Assembly: GCA_965226885.1 (NCBI GenBank)
Contig: CBDDEL010000017.1
Coordinates: 704,001 to 768,000 of the forward strand
DNA: 64,000 bases
Origin: Opitutales bacterium
Lineage (GTDB): Bacteria > Verrucomicrobiota > Verrucomicrobiia > Opitutales > UBA2987
Direction of reading: 5' to 3'
The notes below the pieces were generated by a model that worked only from the letters and a program-made list of their open reading frames with translations, made no database searches and was not told the origin of the DNA. The first letter of the stretch is position 1, and each line of letters begins with the position of its first letter. Both the position numbers and the translations under genes were made by a program. This document shows, in pieces, positions 45,389 to 55,897 of this stretch.

Positions 45389-46369
45389 TCAATTAACGAT
45401 ATACTCAGGTCTTTTCCCGCGCAACACCCGGACGGCATTATTGGCCATCTGGGAATACCTCATTTTCAGCGCTTCTTCAGTTTCACCGGCCACGTGAGGA
45501 GTGAGTATCACATTGGGCAAGGATCTCAGAGAGTGGCCCGGTGGTAACGGTTCCGTTGCAAACACATCGAGACCCGCCTTGCGGATGGTTCCCTTTTTAA
45601 GAGCCTCAACCAACTCACTCTCGTCGATAATGGCTCCGCGTGAGGTGTTAATGAGCCAACCCAACCCTTTTTCACCGATTTTCTTCAATTCCTCTTTCCC
45701 GATCAACATTTCCGTCTTATCGGGCCCGTCTCTTAATAAAGGGAGATGCAAGGAAATGATATCCGCCTTCGTCAAGAGGGTATTCAGATCGACCATGGTT
45801 ACAAAATCCTGTCCCTCGTTCCCTTTTTGTGGGTTCCTCCGTGTGGCCATGACCTTCATACCGAGGGAATGGGCAATCTTTGCCGTAATTTTGCCGATAT
45901 GGCCAAAACCCAAGACCCCGAAGACCTTGCCCGCCAACTCCGTGCCGATACGGCGGCTCCAACTGCCTGTGTTCATCTCCCGGAGGTAATGATCGCCGTT
46001 TTTGGCCAAAGCCATGAGAAGAAAAATGGCGTGTTCAGCAGTAGACTGAGCCATAATGTGGGCGGTGCTACAGACGTAGATTCCCCGTTCTTTAGAGGCT
46101 GCCAAATCGACGGTATCGCAACCCGTGCCACAGTGAATCAACCGAAGGCGGGAAGCGCCCTGAATCATTTCCCGGATTAACGAGGCCTTGTTGGGATAAA
46201 CAATATCGGCATCTACGATTTCCCGTCCGATAGTCTCGACATCGTCCTTATCGGCAACGACCACAAGGTTCGGCACAAACCCGTTTGCCCTAAGCAAGGT
46301 GTCAACAGTATTCACCATAATCCCGTCATCAGCAGAGCATAACAGCACTTTAACAGGAGTGGTCGTCAT
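45389..46369 (-). CDS. D-isomer-specific 2-hydroxyacid dehydrogenase
   Basis: GFGHIG, INTSRGAIIDE, LDVFATEP, TPHVAG. Confidence 0.93.
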   Translation of the reverse strand: MTTTPVKVLLCSADDGIMVNTVDTLLRANGFVPNLVVVADKDDVETIGREIVDADIVYPNKASLIREMIQGASRLRLIHCGTGCDTVDLAASKERGIYVCSTAHIMAQSTAEHAIFLLMALAKNGDHYLREMNTGSWSRRIGTELAGKVFGVLGFGHIGKITAKIAHSLGMKVMATRRNPQKGNEGQDFVTMVDLNTLLTKADIISLHLPLLRDGPDKTEMLIGKEELKKIGEKGLGWLINTSRGAIIDESELVEALKKGTIRKAGLDVFATEPLPPGHSLRSLPNVILTPHVAGETEEALKMRYSQMANNAVRVLRGKRPEYIVN

Positions 46370-46416
46370 TTGTCAAAAGTTCCTTGTCTGGAGGAGAAAC
46401 GAAAGGGCGGCAGAGT

Positions 46417-47145
46417 TCAGGAAAACTCGGTTTCGATGAGGGAGGGGAGGTCTTTCACACTCGGTATGACATGGGTGTGCCGATACTTTCCCCACGCTTC
46501 CACCGGCCGTGGGCCACTGAGGACTCCGACTATACCGCGACACCCGGCATTGTAACCTTCCAGCATATCGGCCGGCGTATCGCCAATTTTGAGCACTTCA
46601 TGGACGCTCTGCACATTCAATTGCGTCATGGCATAGTAGATCATAAAAGGGGCCGGTCGGCCATGCTCACCGGGAACATGCTCGACATCGACCGAGAGAT
46701 CGACCAATCCGTCCCGCACCCAGCCCAAACCGTCCATGATGGCCTCGGTAATATCGCGATGAAAACCCGTGTCGGTGGCTACTTTGATGCCGTTCTCATG
46801 ACACCACCGAAAGGTGTCTTCGGCTCCCTCTATTTCACGAACTTCATTACGGTAATGGTCGATCATGATCTCCGAGTAACGGTGAAATACCTTCATCGCT
46901 TCATCGAGAGTCTCCGGGTAGATGGTTTTTTCGAAATTTTCAATCTCAACCTTCTTCCCTTGAGACCGGGCGATGAGGAATTGATAGAGGTGGATCTTGT
47001 TGGTGCCCATATGCAGGAGTATCTCCTCAGGCGTCGTTTGCAGGTCGAATTCCGTGGCCGCTTGGTGGAGGCAGTCCCGAACACCCGTGTCGTCATAAAC
47101 AGTGGTCCCTGAGAGATCGAACATGATCATACTGATTTTACTCAT
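46417..47145 (-). CDS. HAD hydrolase, phosphonatase (PhnX)-like
   Basis: FDLSGTTV, DTGF, GRPAPFMI, KIGDTPADMLEGYNAG. Confidence 0.88.
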   Translation of the reverse strand: MSKISMIMFDLSGTTVYDDTGVRDCLHQAATEFDLQTTPEEILLHMGTNKIHLYQFLIARSQGKKVEIENFEKTIYPETLDEAMKVFHRYSEIMIDHYRNEVREIEGAEDTFRWCHENGIKVATDTGFHRDITEAIMDGLGWVRDGLVDLSVDVEHVPGEHGRPAPFMIYYAMTQLNVQSVHEVLKIGDTPADMLEGYNAGCRGIVGVLSGPRPVEAWGKYRHTHVIPSVKDLPSLIETEFS

Positions 47146-47198
47146 AATTTTTTTCTTCCTTTATTTGTGCTATGTTAAGTTGGTTAAATTAAATGAAG

Positions 47199-48560
47199 TC
47201 AGCCGGAATTTGCTTCTTTTTTCACGGTTGCAGGCAAGGCATTCCATCTGGGCAGAAGGAGCAGCACCGCTATAATAACAAACGCTCCCAGGCAATTAAA
47301 GAGAACTCCCCAGCCGTAATGAGCCCAGATGATACCGGGTAAAGACATACCAAGAATTTGCCCTGTCGAACCCATGCCATTAATCAACCCGGCCGATGAT
47401 CCGGCGCCCTTTTTTGTCCCGAAATCCACCGCCGATACCGAACTGATCATGGCATCCGGACCAAATAGGAAAAACCCCATGGCAAACAGCAGCAAAACCA
47501 TGGTTCCCTTTCCTCCAGCCTCCGTCAGGCCGTTAAAGAGAAAGAGGATTACGGCGAGAATAAGAAATCCCAGAATTATTATGGGAATGCGGCGCGAATG
47601 AAACCATTTGTCCGAGGCGTAACCCGCAAATATAACCCCTAATGGTCCGGCGGCTTCGAAAGCTGCGCTGATAATGGCCGATTCGCCGATATTTGTTCCC
47701 AACTTATCGTTAATCATAAGCGGCCCCCAGAAGAGAATAGCATAGCGTGTGGGCTTGATAAAAAAATAGACTGCGCCGAGGGTAAGAATGACCGGATTGC
47801 GGAAAACTTCACCGATCACCTTCCAGGATCCTTCTCGTTCCTCCTCGGGCGTTTCATCCTGGTCTAGAACGTCGACTGTCTCTCCGTGATACTCTTCTAT
47901 GGAGAGCAGACCGACATCCTCAGGCCGGTTTTTCTGCAAAAGCAGGAACAGCAACCAAATAATGGCCAGAACGGCAGCCGGCATGAAAAAGGCGAAGCGC
48001 CAATTCAAAAAAACCAGGGCCATATAACCGGCGAAGGCGCTGGCCAGCATTCCCCCGATGGGGTAATTGGTGGCCCAAAAACCGTAAGTCCGGCCCCGCT
48101 CTTTACGGGAAAACCAATAGCTGACATTCTTGGTCAGGGGCGCCCACCCGGTGGATTGACAAAGGCCCTGGCAAAAAAAGAGCGCTCCAAAAAGAATCAC
48201 AGTGGAAGACATCCCCATGGCCACGGCTATGACCACAGAAAAAAACATCCCGGCCAGCACCACTTTGCGGGGACCGAACTTGTCTCCGCACATTCCCCAG
48301 ATGAATTGCCCGAGAGCATAAGCTATGCCATAGAGCCCATCGATCAAACCGAGCGATGCCTTCGTGATCTCGATGGTCGGATCCTCAAGGATGCCGATCT
48401 TGGCCACGGGGAAAGATTTCCTCGTAAAATAAAACCCAACGTAGGCCAACCAGGTAACTCCAAAAGTTATATAACGCCACCGCTCAAAGCGTATGTCGCG
48501 CTTGCCCTGGCGGGCGCCCACCGATAATGCTGAACCTTCTTTTTCTGAAATCGCCATCAC
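47199..48560 (-). CDS. MFS organophosphate:Pi antiporter family (GlpT/UhpT-like)
   Basis: YFTRKSF, QSTGW, WFSRKERG, NRPEDVGL; ~12 TM. Confidence 0.9.
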   Translation of the reverse strand: MMAISEKEGSALSVGARQGKRDIRFERWRYITFGVTWLAYVGFYFTRKSFPVAKIGILEDPTIEITKASLGLIDGLYGIAYALGQFIWGMCGDKFGPRKVVLAGMFFSVVIAVAMGMSSTVILFGALFFCQGLCQSTGWAPLTKNVSYWFSRKERGRTYGFWATNYPIGGMLASAFAGYMALVFLNWRFAFFMPAAVLAIIWLLFLLLQKNRPEDVGLLSIEEYHGETVDVLDQDETPEEEREGSWKVIGEVFRNPVILTLGAVYFFIKPTRYAILFWGPLMINDKLGTNIGESAIISAAFEAAGPLGVIFAGYASDKWFHSRRIPIIILGFLILAVILFLFNGLTEAGGKGTMVLLLFAMGFFLFGPDAMISSVSAVDFGTKKGAGSSAGLINGMGSTGQILGMSLPGIIWAHYGWGVLFNCLGAFVIIAVLLLLPRWNALPATVKKEANSG

Positions 48561-48574
48561 TGATATCCTTTTCG

Positions 48575-49376
48575 GGTAGTGTATTAAGTAGGAATGGTGG
48601 CTAATTCTTGATTATATTGATGAATGAAAAGTCTCAGACAGGTTTCATGCATACTCTTAAGCTTGGAAAAGGAGAGGGTTTTGCGTGTGAAACGACCCAG
48701 TCGTTGGCGCAGGGTATTGTTCCATCGTTCCACATGGGCCGTTTCACCGGTTTCTTTTCCCACGGATCGGTTATGAGGAAAGACTTCATCATAAGTGGAC
48801 CAAAAGTCGCTGTAGGTGGCACATCTTTTGTAGGCCCGTGGCAGACGCTCGTAAAGTTCCCGGCAACGATACCAATCCCGAGGCCCAATGGCATAGGAGA
48901 GGATTTGACGGGTGCGTCGGCAAAGAGCGATCCAAACCCATTGGGCATCGCTCTTGCGTCCCACAAAAGACCACAGTTCGTCCAGTTCAATGACATCATG
49001 GCGGCGGGCCGCAAGAATCGTGCTTTTGAGCGATCGCAGCGATTGTCGTTTTTTTTAACCAACTCAAAACGGTGTTGGGACTCACCCCGAAGGCGCGCTG
49101 TAAACCGCGTAGACTGCTGCGTTCCTGATAGACTCGAAGGATCATTTCTTTTTGCTCTTCGGTGTATTTCACTGTGGGGTTTTCGCGGCTTTGTTTACCA
49201 CAATCATGGCAGCGGTAGCGCTGTTTATGGTTGGGCGTCTTGCCAAATTTAATGATATTTTCACTTCCACAGTGCCGACAATTAATAATTTTAGTAACCA
49301 TGCACTAAGAATAAACTGCCTAACGCTATTTGTACAGCTAAAAATACAAAATAACATTCTTTTTTTATACACTACC
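48575..49376 (-). mobile_element. IS1-family element copy 1 (802 bp), no TSD
   Basis: GGTAGTGTAT IRs; insA 48996..49301 (CxxC zinc finger) and insB ending at 48584; A8C frameshift run. Confidence 0.93.
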
Positions 49377-49537
49377 GTATTCCTTTTATTCTTTATTCGT
49401 AGCTTTAATGCATCATCGACGAGACGGGGAGACCCAACAAAAAGTAATCCCGCCAGAGTTCGGATATTAGTCTCTTGATAACCCGATAGTCCGCCTCCTG
49501 TTCATTGGCAGAAATCCTCCGCAGTGGTAATGCAATT

Positions 49538-50653
49538 CTATATGCGAACTCCCACACGGTAAGCGCCTGATGCAATCGCGTAATTAAAAGATTCATTAAT
49601 CGTATCGAGGTCAAATGCATCATGAACGAGACCTTCAAAAGGAAAGTTTGTGTAATATTTTTCCATAAAGGCAACCGCAGTCACCAGATCTTCTTCATTA
49701 TAATTATGAAGGCCTCGTATGGTATGCAAATTGCGTACAAATTTTTCCGCGTTGATATGCAGGTCACGCTGTGGAAACGTTGCTCCTACCCATACGGCGG
49801 TTCCACCAATGCCGAGGAGCGATAGGGACGATTCCATCGTTTCCGGTACTCCACTGAAATCGAGGGCCGCCTGAATCTGTTCTCCTTCCGCCATAGGCCC
49901 GAGCCGCTCCTTCAGGGAACTCCCTTCCGCCTCCATTTTCAAAGTGACGTCGACGCCGAATTTGCGGGCTTTGTCGAGTCGCTCAACGTCGATGTCCAAT
50001 GCGATGATTTTCCTCGCTTTGCCTGTCCTGCACATGGCACAGGCAATTATTCCCAGCATTCCCACTCCGCTGACAAGCACTGTCCGATCCTCAACGGAGC
50101 CCGCCAGACGAAGGGCTCCGGCAACCGTGGCGACAGAACAGTTGATGAGCGCAATGACGGGGAGCGGAAGAGGCTTTTCAATTTTGATGACCGGAGTGTA
50201 TTTACGCAGAATGCAGTATTCACTGAGCCCGCCGTGGAGATGATTGTCCTTCCTGATTTCCTCATGCCCGTATTTGAACAGCCCATCCCCTTTCTGCGGA
50301 ATGCCGATCTGCGATAGGTAGCTGTCCGGGTTGGAAGCATAAATCCCCCACGTAACCCGATCGCCTACTCGCAATGTTCCGCCCCGGCAATCTGTCGTCC
50401 GGGCACCCGGACCAAACTCTTCGATACGTCCAACGATTTCATGCCCGAGAATCGTAGGCGTCTTCTCCGTGCGCTTTCCCGTAAACGTGTTTAAATCGCT
50501 TCGGCACAGAGTCGTGTATTCGTTTCTGACCAGAATTTCACCATCTCGAAGATCCGGCACCTCAACCTCATCCATCGTAAAGGGTTGATTCTGGGCATGG
50601 AATATCGCTACTTTGCTTGTTTTTACGGTTGGTTCTAATTTGCTTGTTTTCAT
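49538..50653 (-). CDS. Zn-dependent alcohol dehydrogenase resembling the phosphonate-catabolism-associated clade
   Basis: TLCRSDL, GHEIVG, LFKYGHE, INCSVATV, GVGMLG, GLHNY. Start probably MKTSK at 50653. Confidence 0.85.
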   Translation of the reverse strand: MKTSKLEPTVKTSKVAIFHAQNQPFTMDEVEVPDLRDGEILVRNEYTTLCRSDLNTFTGKRTEKTPTILGHEIVGRIEEFGPGARTTDCRGGTLRVGDRVTWGIYASNPDSYLSQIGIPQKGDGLFKYGHEEIRKDNHLHGGLSEYCILRKYTPVIKIEKPLPLPVIALINCSVATVAGALRLAGSVEDRTVLVSGVGMLGIIACAMCRTGKARKIIALDIDVERLDKARKFGVDVTLKMEAEGSSLKERLGPMAEGEQIQAALDFSGVPETMESSLSLLGIGGTAVWVGATFPQRDLHINAEKFVRNLHTIRGLHNYNEEDLVTAVAFMEKYYTNFPFEGLVHDAFDLDTINESFNYAIASGAYRVGVRI

Positions 50654-50739
50654 GACCGGTCTATTGATGTGATTCAGACTTGCAGGATCCACTGGTCAAC
50701 GGTCACCATCTAGATCCCATTTTCATTAAATCATTACAT

Positions 50740-50755
50740 ATATAGATATCTATAT
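50740..50755. promoter_or_regulatory. 16-bp palindrome ATATAGATATCTATAT upstream of the operon; candidate operator
   Basis: Perfect palindrome ~90 bp upstream of the ADH start. Confidence 0.45.
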
Positions 50756-50829
50756 GATTTTTCAGAAGAATAGCAACCAATAATTGTTTAGCCGTATTGA
50801 TAAATCGAAAAAAGAGTTGTTTTCGGGAT

Positions 50830-51001
50830 TCATGGCGAAAAGGCACAGGCAGAACTCTGCAAGAAGGCTTCCACGGTTTCGGCGATCTGCGAACCGAGCA
50901 GGCCGTAGAGGCCGATAAGATCTTCGTAGGGACCGTTACTGGCGAAACAATCGTTGATGCCGATCCTTTTCATGGGCGAGAGCCACTTCGGCCATAGTTT
51001 A
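50830..51001 (-). pseudogene. Transketolase-like C-terminal remnant
   Basis: Manual translation PMKRIGINDCFASNGPYEDLIGLYGLLGSQIAETVEAFL; 5' part replaced by IS. Confidence 0.65.
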
Positions 51002-52780
51002 GAGGCTGTCCCAAAAGGGTGATTTTTGCGAGGGGGTGACTTTGCTCTCCTATGACGTTAGGATTCTGGTTTTGGGGTCCGTTTGCCTGGTTTTCTTTGT
51101 ATGGGCCGACAGTAGGCCTGTGAAAAAGTATTGTCCTTGCTTTTCCGCTCTTTATTTAGGCCGCCGCTTTGGTTTTTAGTTCATCTTGCTGGGCCAGCAT
51201 CTTGGCCACTTTCCATAGATTGTGCGAGAGGACCGACCAGGCTACGCTGATCGAGCGGTTGGCAAAGCCTTTGCTGCGCAATCGCCCGGCCTGCCAGCGA
51301 TTCTTCAATACCCCGATCCGCCCTTCGGTGCTGGCCCGGCGCTTTTGCAATTGCCTGAAGTGTGGTTCCTCCATCCGTTTTTTCAACTGCTTCGGATCGC
51401 GTGGACAGAGCGCATCGTAGATGCCCTCCTGGGCTAACTGCCGGCGGGCCCGCTGGGAGGCGAATCCCCGGTCCGCGCACATGGCCGCTATGGGTTCGGC
51501 TAGGTTGAAGCGGTTCTGTCTTTGCAAACTCTCTTGCATTTGTTCATTTTCGCTTGGCGTCCGGCTGCCGTAGAGTTTCCAGTCCAGCAGGTATCCTTCA
51601 ACGCTTTCACCCAAAAACAGGGTGTTGCCAAACTCAACCTCTTGGCCCGCTTTGCCTCGCACAATCACCTGCGCATCGGGTTCGTAAACACTCAAAACTT
51701 TCTCTGCGTTTTTCACCTGGCGGCCGCCAATGATTCGCTCGTGCGCTTGCTTGATGACCACCGGGATTAGCTCGCTCATGCGCTCCATCCGGGTAAGGAT
51801 CTGTTGGACCTGTTTTTCGCTGTAATCGCTTTGCTCCCAGCAGGCTTGCAATAATTCCCGGTGACTGCGGGCATGCTCCCCGATCCGTTTGAGCAGCTTT
51901 TTCATCTGCCTCAAGATACCCTTGCGTTGCCGCGCGCTGTCCTTTCGCCGCCGGCTGTGGGTCATCTGTATGCACAGCCGATTCATCTGCCGAGCCAAGG
52001 GCTCCGGTTCGATCGGCATGCGATGGCGCAAACCGGCCTTCTCACGGATCAGCCGGATCGCTTTGAGCAGCGTGCCCGCTACATCCTTGAGCAGCACCCA
52101 GTCCGTCGGCCAATGAATGTTGACCTCCAAACAGGTGCCGTCGATCAGGCAAATGGTGGTGTCTATCGGCTTGTCCAATCCCACCACCTGCCGGGCCAGA
52201 TCGGCATCGCCCACAACCTCAGTCAAGGTCCGGTGCAAGGCCCTCAACTGCTCTTCGCTGAAAAACTTCGAGGCCCGTTCCAGGGTGCTCTTGGAGATGC
52301 CCCTTATGCCGTCGATATGGCGGACACGACAAAAGTCAGCCAACAGATCGCTGCTGCCCAGAGCCCTCGACAAATGCCGAAACGAAATCCCACCGAGCAG
52401 ATAACGCAGCGTTTCCATACGCAACGCCTTGAGGGCAAAATTAGCCCGCTTTTGCCGGGCCTTTACACTCATTGGCTGGCCTCTTTCCAAGGCCAGATCA
52501 ACGCCCTGCGATTCCACCTCCGAATCGATCAGCAGCCGGTCGATACGCTCGATGGTGGCGCGAAAGTTATCGTAATCGAGGCAACGGTCGACCACAGTTA
52601 AAGCTGGACGCAGGAGGCATTGGATGGCTATATTTTTCATAGAAAGGGCTATATTGATTTTCGCTAACGCAATTATAGAACCCTTTTTTAGCCGGAGCGA
52701 GCAAAAAAATGCTCTTTCCGGCTATTTTTATAAACGTCATCCAGTTGACTACAAAATCTTTATATTTTTGGGACAGCCTC
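51002..52780 (-). mobile_element. IS5-like element copy 4 (1779 bp, 45-bp subterminal deletion), non-matching flanks
   Basis: Same IRs; flanks TAGTTTA / TATTTA. Confidence 0.94.
51156..52640 (-). CDS. IS5-like DDE transposase (494 aa)
   Basis: Near-identical to the other copies. Confidence 0.9.
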   Translation of the reverse strand: MKNIAIQCLLRPALTVVDRCLDYDNFRATIERIDRLLIDSEVESQGVDLALERGQPMSVKARQKRANFALKALRMETLRYLLGGISFRHLSRALGSSDLLADFCRVRHIDGIRGISKSTLERASKFFSEEQLRALHRTLTEVVGDADLARQVVGLDKPIDTTICLIDGTCLEVNIHWPTDWVLLKDVAGTLLKAIRLIREKAGLRHRMPIEPEPLARQMNRLCIQMTHSRRRKDSARQRKGILRQMKKLLKRIGEHARSHRELLQACWEQSDYSEKQVQQILTRMERMSELIPVVIKQAHERIIGGRQVKNAEKVLSVYEPDAQVIVRGKAGQEVEFGNTLFLGESVEGYLLDWKLYGSRTPSENEQMQESLQRQNRFNLAEPIAAMCADRGFASQRARRQLAQEGIYDALCPRDPKQLKKRMEEPHFRQLQKRRASTEGRIGVLKNRWQAGRLRSKGFANRSISVAWSVLSHNLWKVAKMLAQQDELKTKAAA

Positions 52781-52897
52781 TATTTAGTAATTGAATAGGC
52801 AGTAATTACTGTTTGTTGAGAATTCGGCATTTGTTCGGTAATGGGCGTTCTGCTCTTTATTCTTACAGCTATGGACGATTCCCAAATTCCCTCTAAA

Positions 52898-53903
52898 TCA
52901 AATCTGCCAGTGCTTCCTCGCGTAGCGGGGGAACAGCACAGTCGCGCTACTACCACAACAAGCGAGGCAATAAAAGCATAACATAATGCTGAAAGCAGCC
53001 GGAGTTTGCCAGAATGGCAGATTAACGCGCTGGCGTTCGTTTTTCATGCGGCGTCCTACTGATACGACCCGTTTCATGAACCATAGAAAGCTTCTGCCGA
53101 GCGATAGGTATAGATTCCGGCCTGCTCCAGTATGAAGAAGCAAATTGTCCCGACCTTCGGCAAGGGCTCGAATGACGTACTGCCGCAGATCCGAGGGAGG
53201 TGGATGGTGGGCACGGGCTGCGGTGTTGGTCCAGATGGAAATACCGGATGAGGTCAGTGTCTGTGCCAGTTGGCTGCAGGCCCCGCGGCAATGACCAGCC
53301 GGCAGATCCGGAAATGGGTATTTCAGGAACAAATCGCGTCGGAACGCGACGCTGTTGGCTAAGAAACCCTTACTGTTCGAGTGAATTGCGTTCTTTGGAT
53401 TGCGCAAAGGAAAAAACCACCCCAAGGCAAAGGCTTTTTCGTAAAGGGATTCGTGAGAAAGGTAAGTGTGTCCAGCGACAACGCAGATTTCAGGATGGTC
53501 AAATAAAGGTTGGGAAATCTCTTTTAGCCAATTGTCTTCAGGCACCACGTCGCTATCGACGAAAACCACGATCTGTCCCCGGGCGCGAGCGGCGCCTTCA
53601 TTCTTCAGTTCGAAATAATGACGGCCCAGCGCCTCTTCCAGCCGTAGGTCTACCGAAACGTCGGAGTCTCCCTGTCCGAGGTGTTTTTGCAATACTATTT
53701 CAATGCTGGCACGATCAATTTGATTGGGCAATGCTGGCACGATCAATTTGATTGGGGTTGAAGAGTACGAGCACTTCGGCTCTACGGTTGATCTCGCCCA
53801 GTTGCTTGCTCAATTTGCGCAACATATGGAAACAGCGCTCGTCCTCGGAGAGTAAAACGTTTTCCCATTCCACGACAATGCTTAATTCAATCAGGGGATT
53901 CAT
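52898..53903 (-). pseudogene. GT2 glycosyltransferase frameshifted by a 28-bp tandem duplication
   Basis: MNPLIELSIVV.. and KNEGAARARGQIVVFVDSDV in different frames; duplication at 53701-53756. Confidence 0.88.
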
Positions 53904-54019
53904 TTCGATTCATTTTCTTGCAATCAATGTGATTTGGCAATCAATGATTTGGCAATCAAATCTTTTGCTTCATCCATTAAAAATTTAAATATGGCGATCT
54001 TTTCAAGCATATTATTTTA

Positions 54020-55843
54020 GAGGCTGTCCCAAAAGGGTGATTTTTGCGAGGGGATTTTGAAGAGTGTTCATTTTAGTGGTATTTTCTTTTGGGAGGGGGT
54101 GACTTTGCTCTCCTATGACGTTAGGATTCTGGTTTTGGGGTCCGTTTGCCTGGTTTTCTTTGTATGGCCCGACAGTAGGCCTGTGAAAAAGTATTGTCCT
54201 TGCTTTTCCGCTCTTTATTTAGGCCGCCGCTTTGGTTTTTAGTTCATCTTGCTGGGCCAGCATCTTGGCCACTTTCCATAGATTGTGCGAGAGGACCGAC
54301 CAGGCTACGCTGATCGAGCGGTTGGCAAAGCCTTTGCTGCGCAATCGCCCGACCTGCCAGCGATTCTTCAATACCCCGATCCGCCCTTCGGTGCTGGCCC
54401 GGCGCTTTTGCAATTGCCTGAAGTGTGGTTCCTCCATCCGTTTTTTCAACTGCTTCGGATCGCGTGGACAGAGCGCATCGTAGATGCCCTCCTGGGCTAA
54501 CTGCCGGCGGGCCCGCTGGGAGGCGAATCCCCGGTCCGCGCACATGGCCGCTATGGGTTCGGCTAGGTTGAAGCGGTTTTGTCTTTGCAAACTCTCTTGC
54601 ATTTGTTCATTTTCGCTTGGCGTCCGGCTGCCGTAGAGTTTCCAGTCCAGCAGGTATCCTTCAACGCTTTCACCCAAAAACAGGGTGTTGCCAAACTCAA
54701 CCTCTTGGCCCGCTTTGCCTCGCACAATCACCTGCGCATCGGGTTCGTAAACACTCAAAACTTTCTCTGCGTTTTTCACCTGGCGGCCGCCAATGATTCG
54801 CTCGTGCGCTTGCTTGATGACCACCGGGATTAGCTCGCTCATGCGCTCCATCCGGGTAAGGATCTGTTGGACCTGTTTTTCGCTGTAATCGCTTTGCTCC
54901 CAGCAGGCTTGCAATAATTCCCGGTGACTGCGGGCATGCTCCCCGATCCGTTTGAGCAGCTTTTTCATCTGCCTCAAGATACCCTTGCGTTGCCGCGCGC
55001 TGTCCTTTCGCCGCCGGCTGTGGGTCATCTGTATGCACAGCCGATTCATCTGCCGAGCCAAGGGCTCCGGTTCGATCGGCATGCGATGGCGCAAACCGGC
55101 CTTCTCACGGATCAGCCGGATCGCTTTGAGCAGCGTGCCCGCTACATCCTTGAGCAGCACCCAGTCCGTCGGCCAATGAATGTTGACCTCCAAACAGGTG
55201 CCGTCGATCAGGCAAATGGTGGTGTCTATCGGCTTGTCCAATCCCACCACCTGCCGGGCCAGATCGGCATCGCCCACAATCTCAGTCAAGGTCCGGTGCA
55301 AGGCCCTCAACTGCTCTTCGCTGAAAAACTTCGAGGCCCGTTCCAGGGTGCTCTTGGAGATGCCCCTTATGCCGTCGATATGGCGGACACGACAAAAGTC
55401 AGCCAACAGATCGCTGCTGCCCAGAGCCCTCGACAAATGCCGAAACGAAATCCCACCGAGCAGATAACGCAGCGTTTCCATACGCAACGCCTTGAGGGCA
55501 AAATTAGCCCGCTTTTGCCGGGCCTTTACACTCATTGGCTGGCCTCTTTCCAAGGCCAGATCAACGCCCTGCGATTCCACCTCCGAATCGATCAGCAGCC
55601 GGTCGATACGCTCGATGGTGGCGCGAAAGTTATCGTAATCGAGGCAACGGTCGACCACAGTTAAAGCTGGACGCAGGAGGCATTGGATGGCTATATTTTT
55701 CATAGAAAGGGCTATATTGATTTTCGCTAACGCAATTATAGAACCCTTTTTTAGCCGGATCGAGCAAAAAAATGCTCTTTCTGGCTATTTTTATAAACGT
55801 CATCCAGTTGACTACAAAATCTTTATATTTTTGGGACAGCCTC
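54020..55843 (-). mobile_element. IS5-like element copy 5 (1824 bp), 7-bp TSD TATTTTA
   Basis: Same IRs; direct repeat at 54013-54019 and 55844-55850. Confidence 0.95.
54219..55703 (-). CDS. IS5-like DDE transposase (494 aa)
   Basis: Near-identical to the other copies. Confidence 0.9.
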   Translation of the reverse strand: MKNIAIQCLLRPALTVVDRCLDYDNFRATIERIDRLLIDSEVESQGVDLALERGQPMSVKARQKRANFALKALRMETLRYLLGGISFRHLSRALGSSDLLADFCRVRHIDGIRGISKSTLERASKFFSEEQLRALHRTLTEIVGDADLARQVVGLDKPIDTTICLIDGTCLEVNIHWPTDWVLLKDVAGTLLKAIRLIREKAGLRHRMPIEPEPLARQMNRLCIQMTHSRRRKDSARQRKGILRQMKKLLKRIGEHARSHRELLQACWEQSDYSEKQVQQILTRMERMSELIPVVIKQAHERIIGGRQVKNAEKVLSVYEPDAQVIVRGKAGQEVEFGNTLFLGESVEGYLLDWKLYGSRTPSENEQMQESLQRQNRFNLAEPIAAMCADRGFASQRARRQLAQEGIYDALCPRDPKQLKKRMEEPHFRQLQKRRASTEGRIGVLKNRWQVGRLRSKGFANRSISVAWSVLSHNLWKVAKMLAQQDELKTKAAA

Positions 55844-55897
55844 TATTTTATGATGAAATGAAAAATATGGGTCAATTTATATTGATGAGGATAGATT

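Noticed and set aside
51002..55843. Composite transposon of IS copies 4 and 5 carrying the GT2 gene
   Set aside because: Copy 5 has its own perfect TSD and the outer flanks differ (TAGTTTA vs TATTTTA). The single mismatch means it is not absolutely excluded.
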